Of a DNA stretch of 64,000 nucleotides, positions 8,869 to 19,739 are shown in pieces. The notes under the pieces were generated by a model, which worked only from the letters and a program-made list of their open reading frames with translations, had not been told where the DNA came from and searched no databases. The stretch is from Candidatus Fervidifonticultor sextus (GTDB lineage: Bacteria; Sysuimicrobiota; Sysuimicrobiia; Sysuimicrobiales; Humicultoraceae), in contig JAVKHQ010000001.1 of NCBI GenBank assembly GCA_031459875.1, forward strand, positions 32,001-96,000, read 5' to 3'. A program made the position numbers and the translations under genes. The stretch's first letter is position 1, and every line of letters starts with the position of its first letter.

Positions 8869-9776
8869 CAGGTCCCCTGCAGCACGGCGGCCAGGTCGGC
8901 CGGTGTGTTGTCCTCCGAGCGCACCACGAGCGAGGCCGCCGCGGCGGCCAGGTGGGCGGTGCGGTCAGGTTCCATCCTGGCCAGGTGCGCGTGCGCCGCC
9001 ACCGCCGCCACGGCATCCCCGGCTCCGGTGGGATCCACGACGACGACCTTTGGGGCCGGCGCGAAGGCTTCCTCCTGGGCCGTGACAATGCCGACCCCGC
9101 CGCTGCCCAGCGTGACCACCACGCACGCCACGCCATCGGTGAGCAGGGCGGCCCCCAGCGCCTGCCAGCTCAAGGTCGGCGGGAGTCCGGTCAGCGCCAG
9201 CGCCTCGGCGCGGTTGCAGACCACGACCGCGGCTCCTGCGAGCACGGATCTCAGGTGCGGCGCTTTCGCCGGCGAGGTCGCCAGCAGGACCCGTGGCCGC
9301 CCGGCGGCCATGGCCGCCAGCGCGCGCTGCGCCGTCTCGGACAGGTTGGCGTCGCTGATCACCAGAGCCGCCGTCTCCACGAGCGGCCGCCAGGCCTCCA
9401 GGTCGTCGACGACGAGGGCCTCAACGGCACCCGCATCGGCCACGCACCAGGCCTCGCCGTCCTGAGGTCCCACGGAGACGAACAGCCCGGTCCGGGACGT
9501 CCGCCTCACGTGCCCGACCTCCACGCCGGCCGCCGACGTCACCTGGAGCAGCCAGTCGCCGAGCGGGTCGGTCCCCACGGCGGATAGGAGCACCACGCGG
9601 TGTCCCAGGCGCGCCAGATTCACGGCGACGTTGCGGCCGGCCCCCCCGGGCAGGATCCTGACCGTCCCGGGCAACGAGATCCCCGGCGCCCAGCCCGCGC
9701 GCGCCGTCGCGCGCACATCCACCAGCGCGCCGCCCACTGTCACGATCTGCCCGCGGACAGGCGGATTTGGGCTCAT
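8868..9776 (-). CDS. PfkB-family carbohydrate/nucleoside kinase, probable pseudouridine kinase
   Basis: PGGAGRNVA, NRAEA and DPTGAGDA; TGATG overlap with psuG. Confidence 0.85.
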   Translation of the reverse strand: MSPNPPVRGQIVTVGGALVDVRATARAGWAPGISLPGTVRILPGGAGRNVAVNLARLGHRVVLLSAVGTDPLGDWLLQVTSAAGVEVGHVRRTSRTGLFVSVGPQDGEAWCVADAGAVEALVVDDLEAWRPLVETAALVISDANLSETAQRALAAMAAGRPRVLLATSPAKAPHLRSVLAGAAVVVCNRAEALALTGLPPTLSWQALGAALLTDGVACVVVTLGSGGVGIVTAQEEAFAPAPKVVVVDPTGAGDAVAAVAAHAHLARMEPDRTAHLAAAAASLVVRSEDNTPADLAAVLQGT

Positions 9777-10602
9777 GCCGTCCCCTGGTCAGCCGGCGGC
9801 CGGTGGCCCGCCAGCCGGAGGGCCTCGTTGACGAGGTGCTGCTTGGCAAAATCCCCTCCGCTCACCCAGCGCAGGAGGCCCTCGCGCCCCAACACCTCGC
9901 GCCGGATCTGCGAGGGCGACCGGCCCGCCGCTGCCAGCTGCCAGACGCGGGCGCAGAGGCCCTCCCAGTAGGCCAGCTTGGCCGCCAGCGCCCGCTGCCC
10001 ATCATCGATCACCGCGCCGAGGCTGCAGAACAGCCGCCGGACCGGCAGCGCCGCGACATGTCGCAGCGACGCCAGACTCTCCCCCAGGTGTTCGTCCCGG
10101 CGCAGGTACTTCACGCGCTCGCCCAGATACAGGTCGGCAGCGAACAGCCAGCCTGTGCGTTCTTCGAACAGGACTACCTGATCAGGGCTGTGCCCCGGGG
10201 CGTGGATCACGCGGAAGGCGTAGCGGTCGGTGGTGAGCTCTCCCCCCAGTGGTTCGGGGTCACAGGGAGGCGGGGTGCCCCACACGACCCTCCGGTAGAT
10301 CGGGAGGTGCGGGTCGGGATGGCGCAGCCGCTCGATCCCCAGGGGATGGATCCTGGCCCGCAAGCCGGCGCGCGCTCCGACCGCGGCATTGCCGCCCACG
10401 TGGTCCTCATGGTGATGGGTGTTGACGACCTGCCTGACCGCATAGCCGTCCAGCGCTGCGGCGAACTCCGCGGCAGTGTGCGCGCACCCGGTGTCGATCA
10501 CCAGGCCATCCACGTGGAAGGCGCAGACCCAGTACAGCGGCCGGCCGAAGGCCACGCGCGCCATGCGGAACTGCGTCACCGGGCCGTAGGTCCTGACACG
10601 GA

Positions 10603-10606
<4 letters not shown>
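9773..10606 (-). CDS. Metallo-beta-lactamase-fold hydrolase
   Basis: VIDTG, THHHEDHVGGN, APGHSPD and LFAAD. The likely start is GTG 10606 (GTGA overlap with the permease stop); the track ORF extends upstream into the permease gene. Confidence 0.85.
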
Positions 10607-11586
<980 letters not shown>

Positions 11587-11588
11587 CG

Positions 11589-12731
11589 CTAGCTCCCTTC
11601 CGCCACCGCGGCGATCGGGGATCCACCCAGCGCGCGCTCCGCCTCGCGCTTGCGGTGGACCCGGACGTACCGTGTGAGCAGTTCGTAGGCGACGACGATG
11701 GCCAGGATGATGACCGCCTGCAGGATGGTGATGACCTCGCGGGGGACGCCGGCGAAGACCTGGACGCCCTGGGCCCCGCGATCCAGGAATCCGAAGAGGA
11801 GGGCCGCCGGGATGATCCCCAGCGGGTGGTTGCGGGCCAGCAGCGCGACCGAGATGCCGGCGAAGCCCAGCCCCTTGGGGAAGTCGATGTCGAAGTAGCC
11901 GAAGAAGCCCAGAATGTCCGACAGGCCGACCAGGCCGGCGACGGCGCCGGCGGCCATGAACATCACGAACCGGACCCGGTCCAGGCTGATTCCCGCCGCC
12001 TCGGCGGCGGCCGGGTTTGAGGCGACGGCCCGCACCTCATAGCCGAAGCGGCTGCGGGCCAGCACGTAGGCGGCCCCAGCGCACATCACCACCCCCACCA
12101 CCAAAAACCAGTTCAGCGCCGAGTGCTCGGGGATCTCCAGGCCGATCCGCTGCAGCAGCGGCCCCAGCAGGGGCATCCGCGCGCTGTCGGGCAACAACGG
12201 GGTCCGGACGCGGGGCGTACCGGCCTGGGTCGGATCGCGGAAGACGTCGGCCAGCAGGTAGAGGACCAGCGCCCCGGCGATGTAGTTCATCATGATCGTC
12301 GTGATGACCTCGTGGGCGCCGCGCCGGAGCTTGAGGGCGATGGGCACGAAGGCCCACAGCGCCCCCCCGGCCGCGCCGGCCAGCACCGCCAGGGGCAGGT
12401 GGACGCCCGCCGGCAGGCCGCCGATGGAGAACCCCACCCAGGCCGCGGCGAACGCGCCGACGTAGTACTGGCCCTCGACCCCGATGTTCCACACGGAGGC
12501 GCGGAACGAGAGCGCCACCGCCAGACCCGAGAAGAGCAGCGGCGTGGCCTTGAAGCAGATCGCCGCCAGGCTGTCGAGGCGCGCGAGGCTGAAGCGCACC
12601 ATGATGGCGTACACCTCCAGCGGGTTCTGCCCGAGGGCGAGGATGATCCCGGCCGCGATCAGGGCTCCCGCGAGGATGGCGATCAGCGGGGCGAGGATCT
12701 GGAGGAGGCCCAGCCGGACGCGTGCGCTCAT
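11589..12731 (-). CDS. Nucleoside/sugar ABC transporter permease (NupB-like)
   Basis: NIGVEGQ, HEVITTIMMNY, GYEVRAV and GISVALLARNHP. Confidence 0.92.
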   Translation of the reverse strand: MSARVRLGLLQILAPLIAILAGALIAAGIILALGQNPLEVYAIMVRFSLARLDSLAAICFKATPLLFSGLAVALSFRASVWNIGVEGQYYVGAFAAAWVGFSIGGLPAGVHLPLAVLAGAAGGALWAFVPIALKLRRGAHEVITTIMMNYIAGALVLYLLADVFRDPTQAGTPRVRTPLLPDSARMPLLGPLLQRIGLEIPEHSALNWFLVVGVVMCAGAAYVLARSRFGYEVRAVASNPAAAEAAGISLDRVRFVMFMAAGAVAGLVGLSDILGFFGYFDIDFPKGLGFAGISVALLARNHPLGIIPAALLFGFLDRGAQGVQVFAGVPREVITILQAVIILAIVVAYELLTRYVRVHRKREAERALGGSPIAAVAEGS

Positions 12732-14251
12732 GCGGGCGGCCCGGCGGGCGTGGTGCCGGTCATGTAGAGCCCGAGCTCGCGGGGCGTACTGGCCCCGCGG
12801 GGGAACTCGGCGACGATCTGCCCGGCGTGGATGACCCCGATGCGGTCGGCCAGCGAGAGGATCTCGTCCAGCATGGCGGAGACCAGCAGGACCGCCATGC
12901 CGGCTGACCGCGCCTCCAGGATCTGGCGCCGGACGAACTCGGTGGCGCCGATGTCCAGCCCGCGCGTGGGCTGGGCGGCCACGAGCACCCGGGGGGCAAA
13001 CCCGAACTCCCGGGCGACCACAACCTTCTGCTGGTTGCCCCCGGACAGCGCCAGGACCGGGGTCCGCAGGGACGGGGTCCGCACGTCGAAGCGCGCCACC
13101 CGGTCGGCGGCAAACTGGATGGCCGCCGCCCGGTCGAGGAAGGCGCCGCGGCCGAACTCCGCCCGCACGTGGTGGCCCAGGATGAGGTTCTCCCAGACCT
13201 CCATGGGCAGGACGAGGCCGCGGCGGTGGCGGTCCTCGGGGATGTGGGCGACGCCGAGCAGCCGGATACCGCGCGGGCCGGCCCGCGTGACGTCCTGCCC
13301 GGCAACGCGCAACCGGCCGGAGACGAACGGCCGCAGGCCGACCAGGGCTTCGACCAGTTCGGACTGCCCGTTGCCCTCCACTCCGGCGAGCCCGTAGATC
13401 TCCCCTGCCCGCACCGCCAGCGACACCCCGCGCACCGCCGGCCGGCCGCGGCTGCCCATGACCACGGCGTCGTCCACCTGGAGCCGGGCTTCGCCCGGCG
13501 TCACGTCCGCGACCGGGAGATCCATCAGCACCGGGCGGCCTACCATCATCTCGGCGATCTGGGCCTTGGTGGCTCCCGCGGCGGCCAGCGTGCCGGCCAC
13601 GCGCCCGCCCCTCAGGACGGTGATCCGGTCGGCGATCGCCAGCACCTCTTCCAGAATGTGGCTGATGAAGACGACAGTCTTGCCCTCCGCCCGCAGCCGG
13701 CGCAGGTTGGCGAAGAGGTCGTCCACCTCCTGGGGGGTGAGCACGGCGGTCGGCTCGTCGAGGATCAGCACCTCGGCGCCCCGGTAGAGGACCTTGATGA
13801 TCTCGACCCGCTGCTGCTCGCCCACCGACAGCCCCTCCACGGCGGCATCGGGATCGACCGCCAGGCCGTACTGGTCGGCCAGCCCGGCGATGCGGGCGCG
13901 GGCCCGGGCCAGGTCCAGCCGGCCGGCGCGGGCGGGCTCGGACCCCAGCATCACGTTCTCAGCCACGGTGAACCGGGGGATCAGCATGAAGTGCTGGTGG
14001 ACCATGCCGATCCCCAATTGAATCGCGGCGCGGGGCGAGTCGAGCACCACGGGACGGCCGCGCACGGCGATGGATCCCTCGTCGGGCTGGTAGAGCCCGT
14101 AGAGGATCTTCATCAGGGTGGACTTGCCGGCGCCGTTCTCGCCGACCAGCGCGTGGATCTCCCCGGGCTCAATCGCCAGCGAGATCCGGTCGTTGGCGAC
14201 CACGCCGGGAAAGCGCTTGGTGATCCGGTGCAGTGCGACGACCGAGGCCAT
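12728..14251 (-). CDS. Nucleoside/sugar ABC transporter double-domain ATPase (NupA-like)
   Basis: GENGAGKST, GMVHQHF, LILDEPT, LSGGNQQK and QPTRGLD. Confidence 0.95.
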   Translation of the reverse strand: MASVVALHRITKRFPGVVANDRISLAIEPGEIHALVGENGAGKSTLMKILYGLYQPDEGSIAVRGRPVVLDSPRAAIQLGIGMVHQHFMLIPRFTVAENVMLGSEPARAGRLDLARARARIAGLADQYGLAVDPDAAVEGLSVGEQQRVEIIKVLYRGAEVLILDEPTAVLTPQEVDDLFANLRRLRAEGKTVVFISHILEEVLAIADRITVLRGGRVAGTLAAAGATKAQIAEMMVGRPVLMDLPVADVTPGEARLQVDDAVVMGSRGRPAVRGVSLAVRAGEIYGLAGVEGNGQSELVEALVGLRPFVSGRLRVAGQDVTRAGPRGIRLLGVAHIPEDRHRRGLVLPMEVWENLILGHHVRAEFGRGAFLDRAAAIQFAADRVARFDVRTPSLRTPVLALSGGNQQKVVVAREFGFAPRVLVAAQPTRGLDIGATEFVRRQILEARSAGMAVLLVSAMLDEILSLADRIGVIHAGQIVAEFPRGASTPRELGLYMTGTTPAGPPA

Positions 14252-14289
14252 GCGTGTGGCGGGGGCGGCCGCCGCCCCCGCGGGTCGGG

Positions 14290-15348
14290 CTACTTCAGCG
14301 CCTTGACGAAGGCCTCGAGCTGCTTGCGGTCGGATGGGACCTTGATCTTCCCGGCGATGATGTCTTTCTTGAGGGCCTCCAGGCGCGGGATGATGTCCTT
14401 GATCATCTCGCGGTTGTGGTCGTTGACCGCGTAGCCGACGCCGCCCTCCCTCAGCCCGAAACTCCGCACCCCGGCCCGGTAGCGCCCGCCCACTAGGTCC
14501 TTGATGGTCTCGTAGACGGCCACGTCGACCCGCTTCATCATGCTGGTCAGGATCTGCGCCCGCTGGTCCGGTTTGGCGGTCAGCGACTGGTCCGCGTCCA
14601 CGCCGATGGCCAGTTTCTTCTTGGCCACCGCGGCCTCGAAGACGCCGATCCCGGTGCCGCCGGAGGCGTGGTAGATGATGTCGGCGCCCCGGTCGTACTG
14701 GGCCGTGGCCAGCTCCTTCCCCTTGACCGGATCGCGGAACGCCTCGCCGGTGGTCCCGGCGTAGTCCGAGAACACCTCGATGGACGGCCTGACGTACTTG
14801 GCGCCCGCGATGTAGCCCGCCTCGAACTTCTCGATCAGGGGAATCTTCATGCCGCCCACGAACCCGATCTTCCCGGTCTTGGACTTCAGGGCGGCGGCCG
14901 CGCCCACCAGGAACGAGCCCTCGTGCTCGTTGAACAGCAGGCTGACGACGTTGGGTTCCTTGTCGATGAAGCCGTCCACGATGCCGAACTTCACGCCGCG
15001 GAAGGCCCGGGCCACCCGCGTGATGCTGTCGGTGAACAGGAATCCGATGCCGAAGATCAGGTCGTACTTCTCCCCCGCCAGCAGCCGCAGCAGTTCCTCC
15101 CGGTTCTCCCCGCCGGCGGTGGGTTCCAGATCCTTGACCTCGATCCGGTCCCGGAAGTCCTTCTGGGCCCGTGAGAGACCCTCGTAGGCCATGTCGTTGA
15201 ACGAGAGGTCGCCGCGCCCCCCCACGTCGTAGACCATGCCGACGCGCAGCTTTTTGGCCTGAGCCCCGACCACTGCCGGCCCGACGGACCAGACCAGGCC
15301 CACCAGCACCATTACGACCGCCGCCGCACGCAACGCGACGCGCTTCAT
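14290..15348 (-). CDS. BMP-family nucleoside-binding protein
   Basis: GGRGDLSFN, GFVGG, GVDADQ and SMMKRVD; signal peptide ends AQA with no lipobox Cys; start MKRVAL at 15348 with an AAAGGGGTG RBS. Confidence 0.92.
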   Translation of the reverse strand: MKRVALRAAAVVMVLVGLVWSVGPAVVGAQAKKLRVGMVYDVGGRGDLSFNDMAYEGLSRAQKDFRDRIEVKDLEPTAGGENREELLRLLAGEKYDLIFGIGFLFTDSITRVARAFRGVKFGIVDGFIDKEPNVVSLLFNEHEGSFLVGAAAALKSKTGKIGFVGGMKIPLIEKFEAGYIAGAKYVRPSIEVFSDYAGTTGEAFRDPVKGKELATAQYDRGADIIYHASGGTGIGVFEAAVAKKKLAIGVDADQSLTAKPDQRAQILTSMMKRVDVAVYETIKDLVGGRYRAGVRSFGLREGGVGYAVNDHNREMIKDIIPRLEALKKDIIAGKIKVPSDRKQLEAFVKALK

Positions 15349-15390
15349 CGCTCTCACCCCTTTCCGTGGCGAACGTGGTGCAGGGGGGTA

Positions 15391-15417
15391 CTTCTGGCCG
15401 GACGAAGGAGAGTCCTG
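15391..15417 (-). promoter_or_regulatory. SigH-like promoter motif upstream of the BMP/nucleoside operon
   Basis: CAGG-N19-GAAG in the ftsK-bmp gap. Confidence 0.5.
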
Positions 15418-15421
15418 TGGA

Positions 15422-17836
15422 TCACTGCGGGGCGGCCGGCTTCCGTCGCAGCATCCGCTCCAGGTCATCCAGTCCGATGAGAACCTCACGGGGATTGCTG
15501 CCCTGGACCGGCCCCACCACGCCGCGCGCCTCCAGCTCGTCGATCAGACGCGCGGCGGTGACATAGCCGATGCGCATCTTGCGCTGCAACAGGGAGACCG
15601 ACCCGTACCCGGAGCGGACCACCAGCCGTGCTGCTTCGATGAGCCGTTCGCTGTCCTCGGCGTCGTCGGGCGCCGCAGACCGCTGGGCCTCGACCAGCTG
15701 CGCATCGTAGACCGGCCGCCCCTGCCGCCGCCACCACTCCACCACCGCCCGGATCTCGTCGTCGCCGATGTACGCCCCCTGCGCACGGATCGGGCGCGCC
15801 GCGCCCAGGGGCAGGAAGAGCATGTCGCCCCGCCCGAGCAACTTCTCGGCGCCCGGCATGTCGATGACCACCCGGCTGTCTACCTGACTGGAGACCGCAA
15901 ACGCCAGGCGCGACGGGATGTTGGCCTTGATGAGCCCGGTGATGACATCCACCGACGGCCGCTGGGTGGCCACCACCAGGTGGATGCCGGTGGCGCGGGT
16001 CATCTGCGCCAGCCGGCAGATGATGTCCTCGAAGTCGGCCGGCGCCACCATCATCAGGTCGGCCAGCTCGTCGATGATGATGACGATGTAGTACAGGGGT
16101 TCGACGTCGGCCAGCTGGTTGTAGCTCTGAATGTTGCGTGCGCCGGCCTGCGCGAACCGCTCGAACCGCTGCTCCATGACCCGGAGCATGTCCTTGAGGA
16201 CGCTGGCCGCCTGGCGCGGGTTGGTCACCACCGGGGTCAGCAGGTGCGGGATCTCGTTGTAGTCGGTGAGTTCGACCCGCTTGGGATCGATCATGACAAA
16301 CCGCACCTGCCGCGGTGTGCTGCGGAACAACAGGCTGGCGATCATCGCATTGAGGGCCACCGACTTCCCCGACCCTGTGGCCCCGGCGATCAGCAGGTGG
16401 GGCATCTCGGTGAGGTCCGCCACGATGGGGTGGCCGGCGATGTCCTTGCCGATCCCCACCACGAGCGGCGAGGTCGCCTTCTGGAAGATCTCCGAGGTCA
16501 GGATTTCGCGGAGGTGCACCAGGCTCGCCCGCTGGTTGGGGATCTCGATGCCCACTGCCGACTTCCCGGGAATGGGGGCTTCGATGCGGACGCTCTGCGC
16601 GGCCAGGTTGAGGGCGATGTCCTGGGTCAGGCTGGTGATCTTCTGGACCCTGACCCCGGGCTCGGGCTGGACCTCGAAGCGCGTCACGACCGGGCCCACC
16701 TCCCAGTGCACCACCCGCACCTTGACCCCGAAACTCTCCAAAGTCTGCTCCAGGGCCCGGGCGGTATCCGCCGGGTCGATCCGGGCCTTCGTCCGGGACG
16801 TCCCGGCATCCCCCATGACTGACAGCGCCGGGAGGCGGTAGTCTGCGTCCTCAAACGCCAGACGCGCCTGCCCGGCCTCAGGGGCAGGCTTGGTGGAGGA
16901 GCGCCGGGCCGCCCCGCGGCGGCGGTCCTGGGCGGGAGGCTCGCCTGGAGAGGGCCGGGGGCCCTCTGGGCCCCCTTCCAGGGGTTCCCGGGCCGCCGGG
17001 GCGGGTTGGGCATCGCCCACCCCCGTCTCGGCGGGCCTGGGGGCCTCCAGCGGGCCCTCAGGCGGCGTTCCCAGGCCCGCCGGGGCACCTGCCGGGACAG
17101 ACAGCGGTTCGGCCATGGCTTGGCGCGGCCAGGCAGCGTGGCCGCGCTCCGCCAGACGGCCCATCCAGCCCGCGGCGGTCGCGCGCAGGTGGACCAGGCC
17201 GCGTCCGGCCGCGCGGACGCCGGCTGCCGCGGCCGGCCCTGCGGCGGCCCAGAGCCGCTTCGTGCCCTTCCCAACCAGCCTGACTGCGAGGAGGACCCCC
17301 TCTCCCAGCCACCCCAACAGGAAGAGGATCCCCCTGCCCGCGGCCCTCAGCCCGGCCCCCAGTGAGGCCGTGGTCACGCCGGTCAGCAGCCCCAGGCCGG
17401 TCGCCGCCAGGATCCCGATGATCACCCACATCCCCGGTCTGCCGAGGAGACTGGCCGCCGCCCAGGTCAACCCTGCACCCACCAGCCCGGCGCCGGCGCC
17501 CTCCTGTCCGCCGGCCAGCAGGTCCCCCGAGACCATTCTGGCATGGACCGCCATCAGCACCGAGACGGCCGCCATCAGGATCCCGCTCACGCGTCGGGTG
17601 AACCGCGCCCGTGCGCCCGCAGCCACGAGGACCATCCCCGCCAGGAACAGGCAGGCCGGGACGGCCACTGCCGCGACCCCGAAAAGCCGGCGCTGCCAGA
17701 CGGCCAGCACGACCGCGATGCCCGTCGCGCCCGGCAGGTACGAGATCGCCAGCAGCACGCCGGCCAGGGCGACCGCCAGGCCGGCGGCCGGCTTCCGGCT
17801 GTGGAAAGACCTGTCGCGTCCGCGTCGGCTGGACAT
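15422..17836 (-). CDS. ftsK: DNA translocase FtsK/SpoIIIE
   Basis: N-terminal TM helices, PHLLIAGATGSGKS, IDELADLMM, ATQRPSVDV and a gamma domain (SVSLLQRKMRIGY..AARLID); ATG 17836 with a GAGG RBS. Confidence 0.97.
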   Translation of the reverse strand: MSSRRGRDRSFHSRKPAAGLAVALAGVLLAISYLPGATGIAVVLAVWQRRLFGVAAVAVPACLFLAGMVLVAAGARARFTRRVSGILMAAVSVLMAVHARMVSGDLLAGGQEGAGAGLVGAGLTWAAASLLGRPGMWVIIGILAATGLGLLTGVTTASLGAGLRAAGRGILFLLGWLGEGVLLAVRLVGKGTKRLWAAAGPAAAAGVRAAGRGLVHLRATAAGWMGRLAERGHAAWPRQAMAEPLSVPAGAPAGLGTPPEGPLEAPRPAETGVGDAQPAPAAREPLEGGPEGPRPSPGEPPAQDRRRGAARRSSTKPAPEAGQARLAFEDADYRLPALSVMGDAGTSRTKARIDPADTARALEQTLESFGVKVRVVHWEVGPVVTRFEVQPEPGVRVQKITSLTQDIALNLAAQSVRIEAPIPGKSAVGIEIPNQRASLVHLREILTSEIFQKATSPLVVGIGKDIAGHPIVADLTEMPHLLIAGATGSGKSVALNAMIASLLFRSTPRQVRFVMIDPKRVELTDYNEIPHLLTPVVTNPRQAASVLKDMLRVMEQRFERFAQAGARNIQSYNQLADVEPLYYIVIIIDELADLMMVAPADFEDIICRLAQMTRATGIHLVVATQRPSVDVITGLIKANIPSRLAFAVSSQVDSRVVIDMPGAEKLLGRGDMLFLPLGAARPIRAQGAYIGDDEIRAVVEWWRRQGRPVYDAQLVEAQRSAAPDDAEDSERLIEAARLVVRSGYGSVSLLQRKMRIGYVTAARLIDELEARGVVGPVQGSNPREVLIGLDDLERMLRRKPAAPQ

Positions 17837-17841
17837 CCCTG

Positions 17842-18648
17842 CTACCTCACCGTGGCCAGCACCACGAGGCCGACCGCCCAGCAGTAGACGCTCATGTACA
17901 GCAGCCGACCGCGCCGGACGATCTCCAACAGCCACCGGATCGCCAGCGCGCCGAAGATGGCCGCTGTCACGGCACCCACCAGCAGGTGGAGCGGGGCGTA
18001 GCCCACCTGGGCCGCTTCACCGGCGTCCTTCATCGCGAAGGCGCCGGCCCCCAGGATTGCCGGGATGGCCATGAGGAAGGAGAGCCTGGCGGCCTCGGTC
18101 CGTCGCAGCCCCGACCCGATCCCGGCCACGATAGTGGCTCCAGAGCGCGAGATGCCCGGGATGATCGCGGCGGCCTGCGCGAGGCCCATCACGACACCGT
18201 CCCGCAGCGTGGCCTCTCCTGCGGCCCGGTGCCCGCGTTCGCGGCTGGCCAGGAGGATCAGCCCGGTCACCATGAGCTGGTAGGCGGTGCCGCGGACCGA
18301 CAGGAACGTCCGCTCCAGCGGCCCGGCAAACGCCAGACCCAGCGCGCCGGTGAGGACGGTTGCCACCACGATGACCGCCGCCATTCGACCGTCGGGGGTA
18401 CTTTGTCCTCGGAACACGACAGCCGGCCGCGCGATCACCTCAGGCAGGGCCCGCACCAGCCGGCTGACATCCGGCCAGAACATGAAGATCGCCGCCGCGG
18501 CGGTGCCCAGGTGCAGCACCGCCTCGAGCACGAGTCCGGGCCGGGGGATGCCCAGGTAGTGCTCGACAAAGAGCAGGTGGGCACTGCTGCTGACGGGAAG
18601 GAACTCGGTCAGCCCCTGGACGAGGCCGAGGACCACGAGGTCCCGCAT
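17842..18648 (-). CDS. uppP: Undecaprenyl-diphosphate phosphatase
   Basis: QGLTEFLPVSSSAH, PGISRSGATI and SFLMAIP; start MRDL at 18648. Confidence 0.95.
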   Translation of the reverse strand: MRDLVVLGLVQGLTEFLPVSSSAHLLFVEHYLGIPRPGLVLEAVLHLGTAAAAIFMFWPDVSRLVRALPEVIARPAVVFRGQSTPDGRMAAVIVVATVLTGALGLAFAGPLERTFLSVRGTAYQLMVTGLILLASRERGHRAAGEATLRDGVVMGLAQAAAIIPGISRSGATIVAGIGSGLRRTEAARLSFLMAIPAILGAGAFAMKDAGEAAQVGYAPLHLLVGAVTAAIFGALAIRWLLEIVRRGRLLYMSVYCWAVGLVVLATVR

Positions 18649-18720
18649 GGCGGCGCTCCTGCGTCTGCTGCGTCGAAGGGTCCGATGCTTACCATGTGGC
18701 GACCGACCCACCGTACGGAC

Positions 18721-18746
18721 GTTCGACGGCGCGGGCCATTGCCCTG
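18721..18746 (-). promoter_or_regulatory. SigH-like promoter motif upstream of uppP-ftsK
   Basis: GCAGG-N18-GAAC in the dapA-uppP gap. Confidence 0.5.
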
Positions 18747-18794
18747 CCGGGTGAGGCCGTCGACGCTGCTGGCGAAGGACCGTGCGTCGCGGCG

Positions 18795-19688
18795 TCAGGC
18801 GGGTGTCGGCACCAGATTGAGCTGGTGCAGGACCGCCCGGATCTGTTCCTCCTCCTTGGGCGTCGCATCCACCAACGGCAGCCGCACGCGGCCGCAGTCG
18901 AAGCCCGCCAGGCGCATGGCGGCCTTCACCGGGACGGGGTTGGTCGTGATGAACAGCACCTTGAACAGCGGCCACAGCCGGCGGTGGATCGCCAACGCGT
19001 CCGCAGGCCTGCCCTCGAAGTGGGCCCGGATCATCTCCTGGATCTGTCGGGCCACCAGGTGCCCGGCCACGCTGACGACCCCGGTCGCGCCCACCGCCAG
19101 TTTCGGCAGGGTCAGGCTGTCGTCTCCGCTATAGATGAGGAAGCGGTCGGGCGTCCGCACGCGGATGTCGGAGACCTGATCCAGGCTGCCGGCGGCCTCC
19201 TTGAGGGCCACGATGTTGGGAATCTCTGCCAGGCGCGCGATGGTCTCGGGCGTGCAGTTCACGCCGGTGCGGCCCGGGATGTTGTAGAGCATGGCCGGCA
19301 GCGGCGTGCTCTCGGCGATGGCCCGGAAGTGCGCGTACAGCCCGTCCTGCGAAGGTCGGTTGTAGTACGGGTTCACCAGCAACAGGCCGTCGGCCCCGGC
19401 CCGGTGGGCCTCCTGGGAGAGGTGGATCGAGTGGGCCGTGTTGTAGGTCCCGGTGCCGGCGATGACCTTGCCGCGGTCCCCCACGGCCTCCTTAACGGTG
19501 CGAAACAGGCGGATCTTCTCGTCGTCGGACAGCGTCGGCGATTCCCCGGTGGTCCCGGCGACCACCAGGCCGTCGTTGCCGTCGTCGATCAGGCGCCGGG
19601 CGAGCGCGGCCGCCTTCGGGTAGTCCACCTCGCCGCGGCTGTCGAACGGCGTCACCATGGCGGTGATCACATGACCGAAGAGCGCCAT
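18795..19688 (-). CDS. dapA: 4-hydroxy-tetrahydrodipicolinate synthase
   Basis: TAMVTPF, GTTGES, LYNIPGRT, ALKEA, YSGDD and TNPVPVK. Confidence 0.96.
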   Translation of the reverse strand: MALFGHVITAMVTPFDSRGEVDYPKAAALARRLIDDGNDGLVVAGTTGESPTLSDDEKIRLFRTVKEAVGDRGKVIAGTGTYNTAHSIHLSQEAHRAGADGLLLVNPYYNRPSQDGLYAHFRAIAESTPLPAMLYNIPGRTGVNCTPETIARLAEIPNIVALKEAAGSLDQVSDIRVRTPDRFLIYSGDDSLTLPKLAVGATGVVSVAGHLVARQIQEMIRAHFEGRPADALAIHRRLWPLFKVLFITTNPVPVKAAMRLAGFDCGRVRLPLVDATPKEEEQIRAVLHQLNLVPTPA

Positions 19689-19739
19689 CTCCTCCCCTCC
19701 TTCCTCCCCCACCTCCTGCCGGTTTCGTCCGGCGTTTCC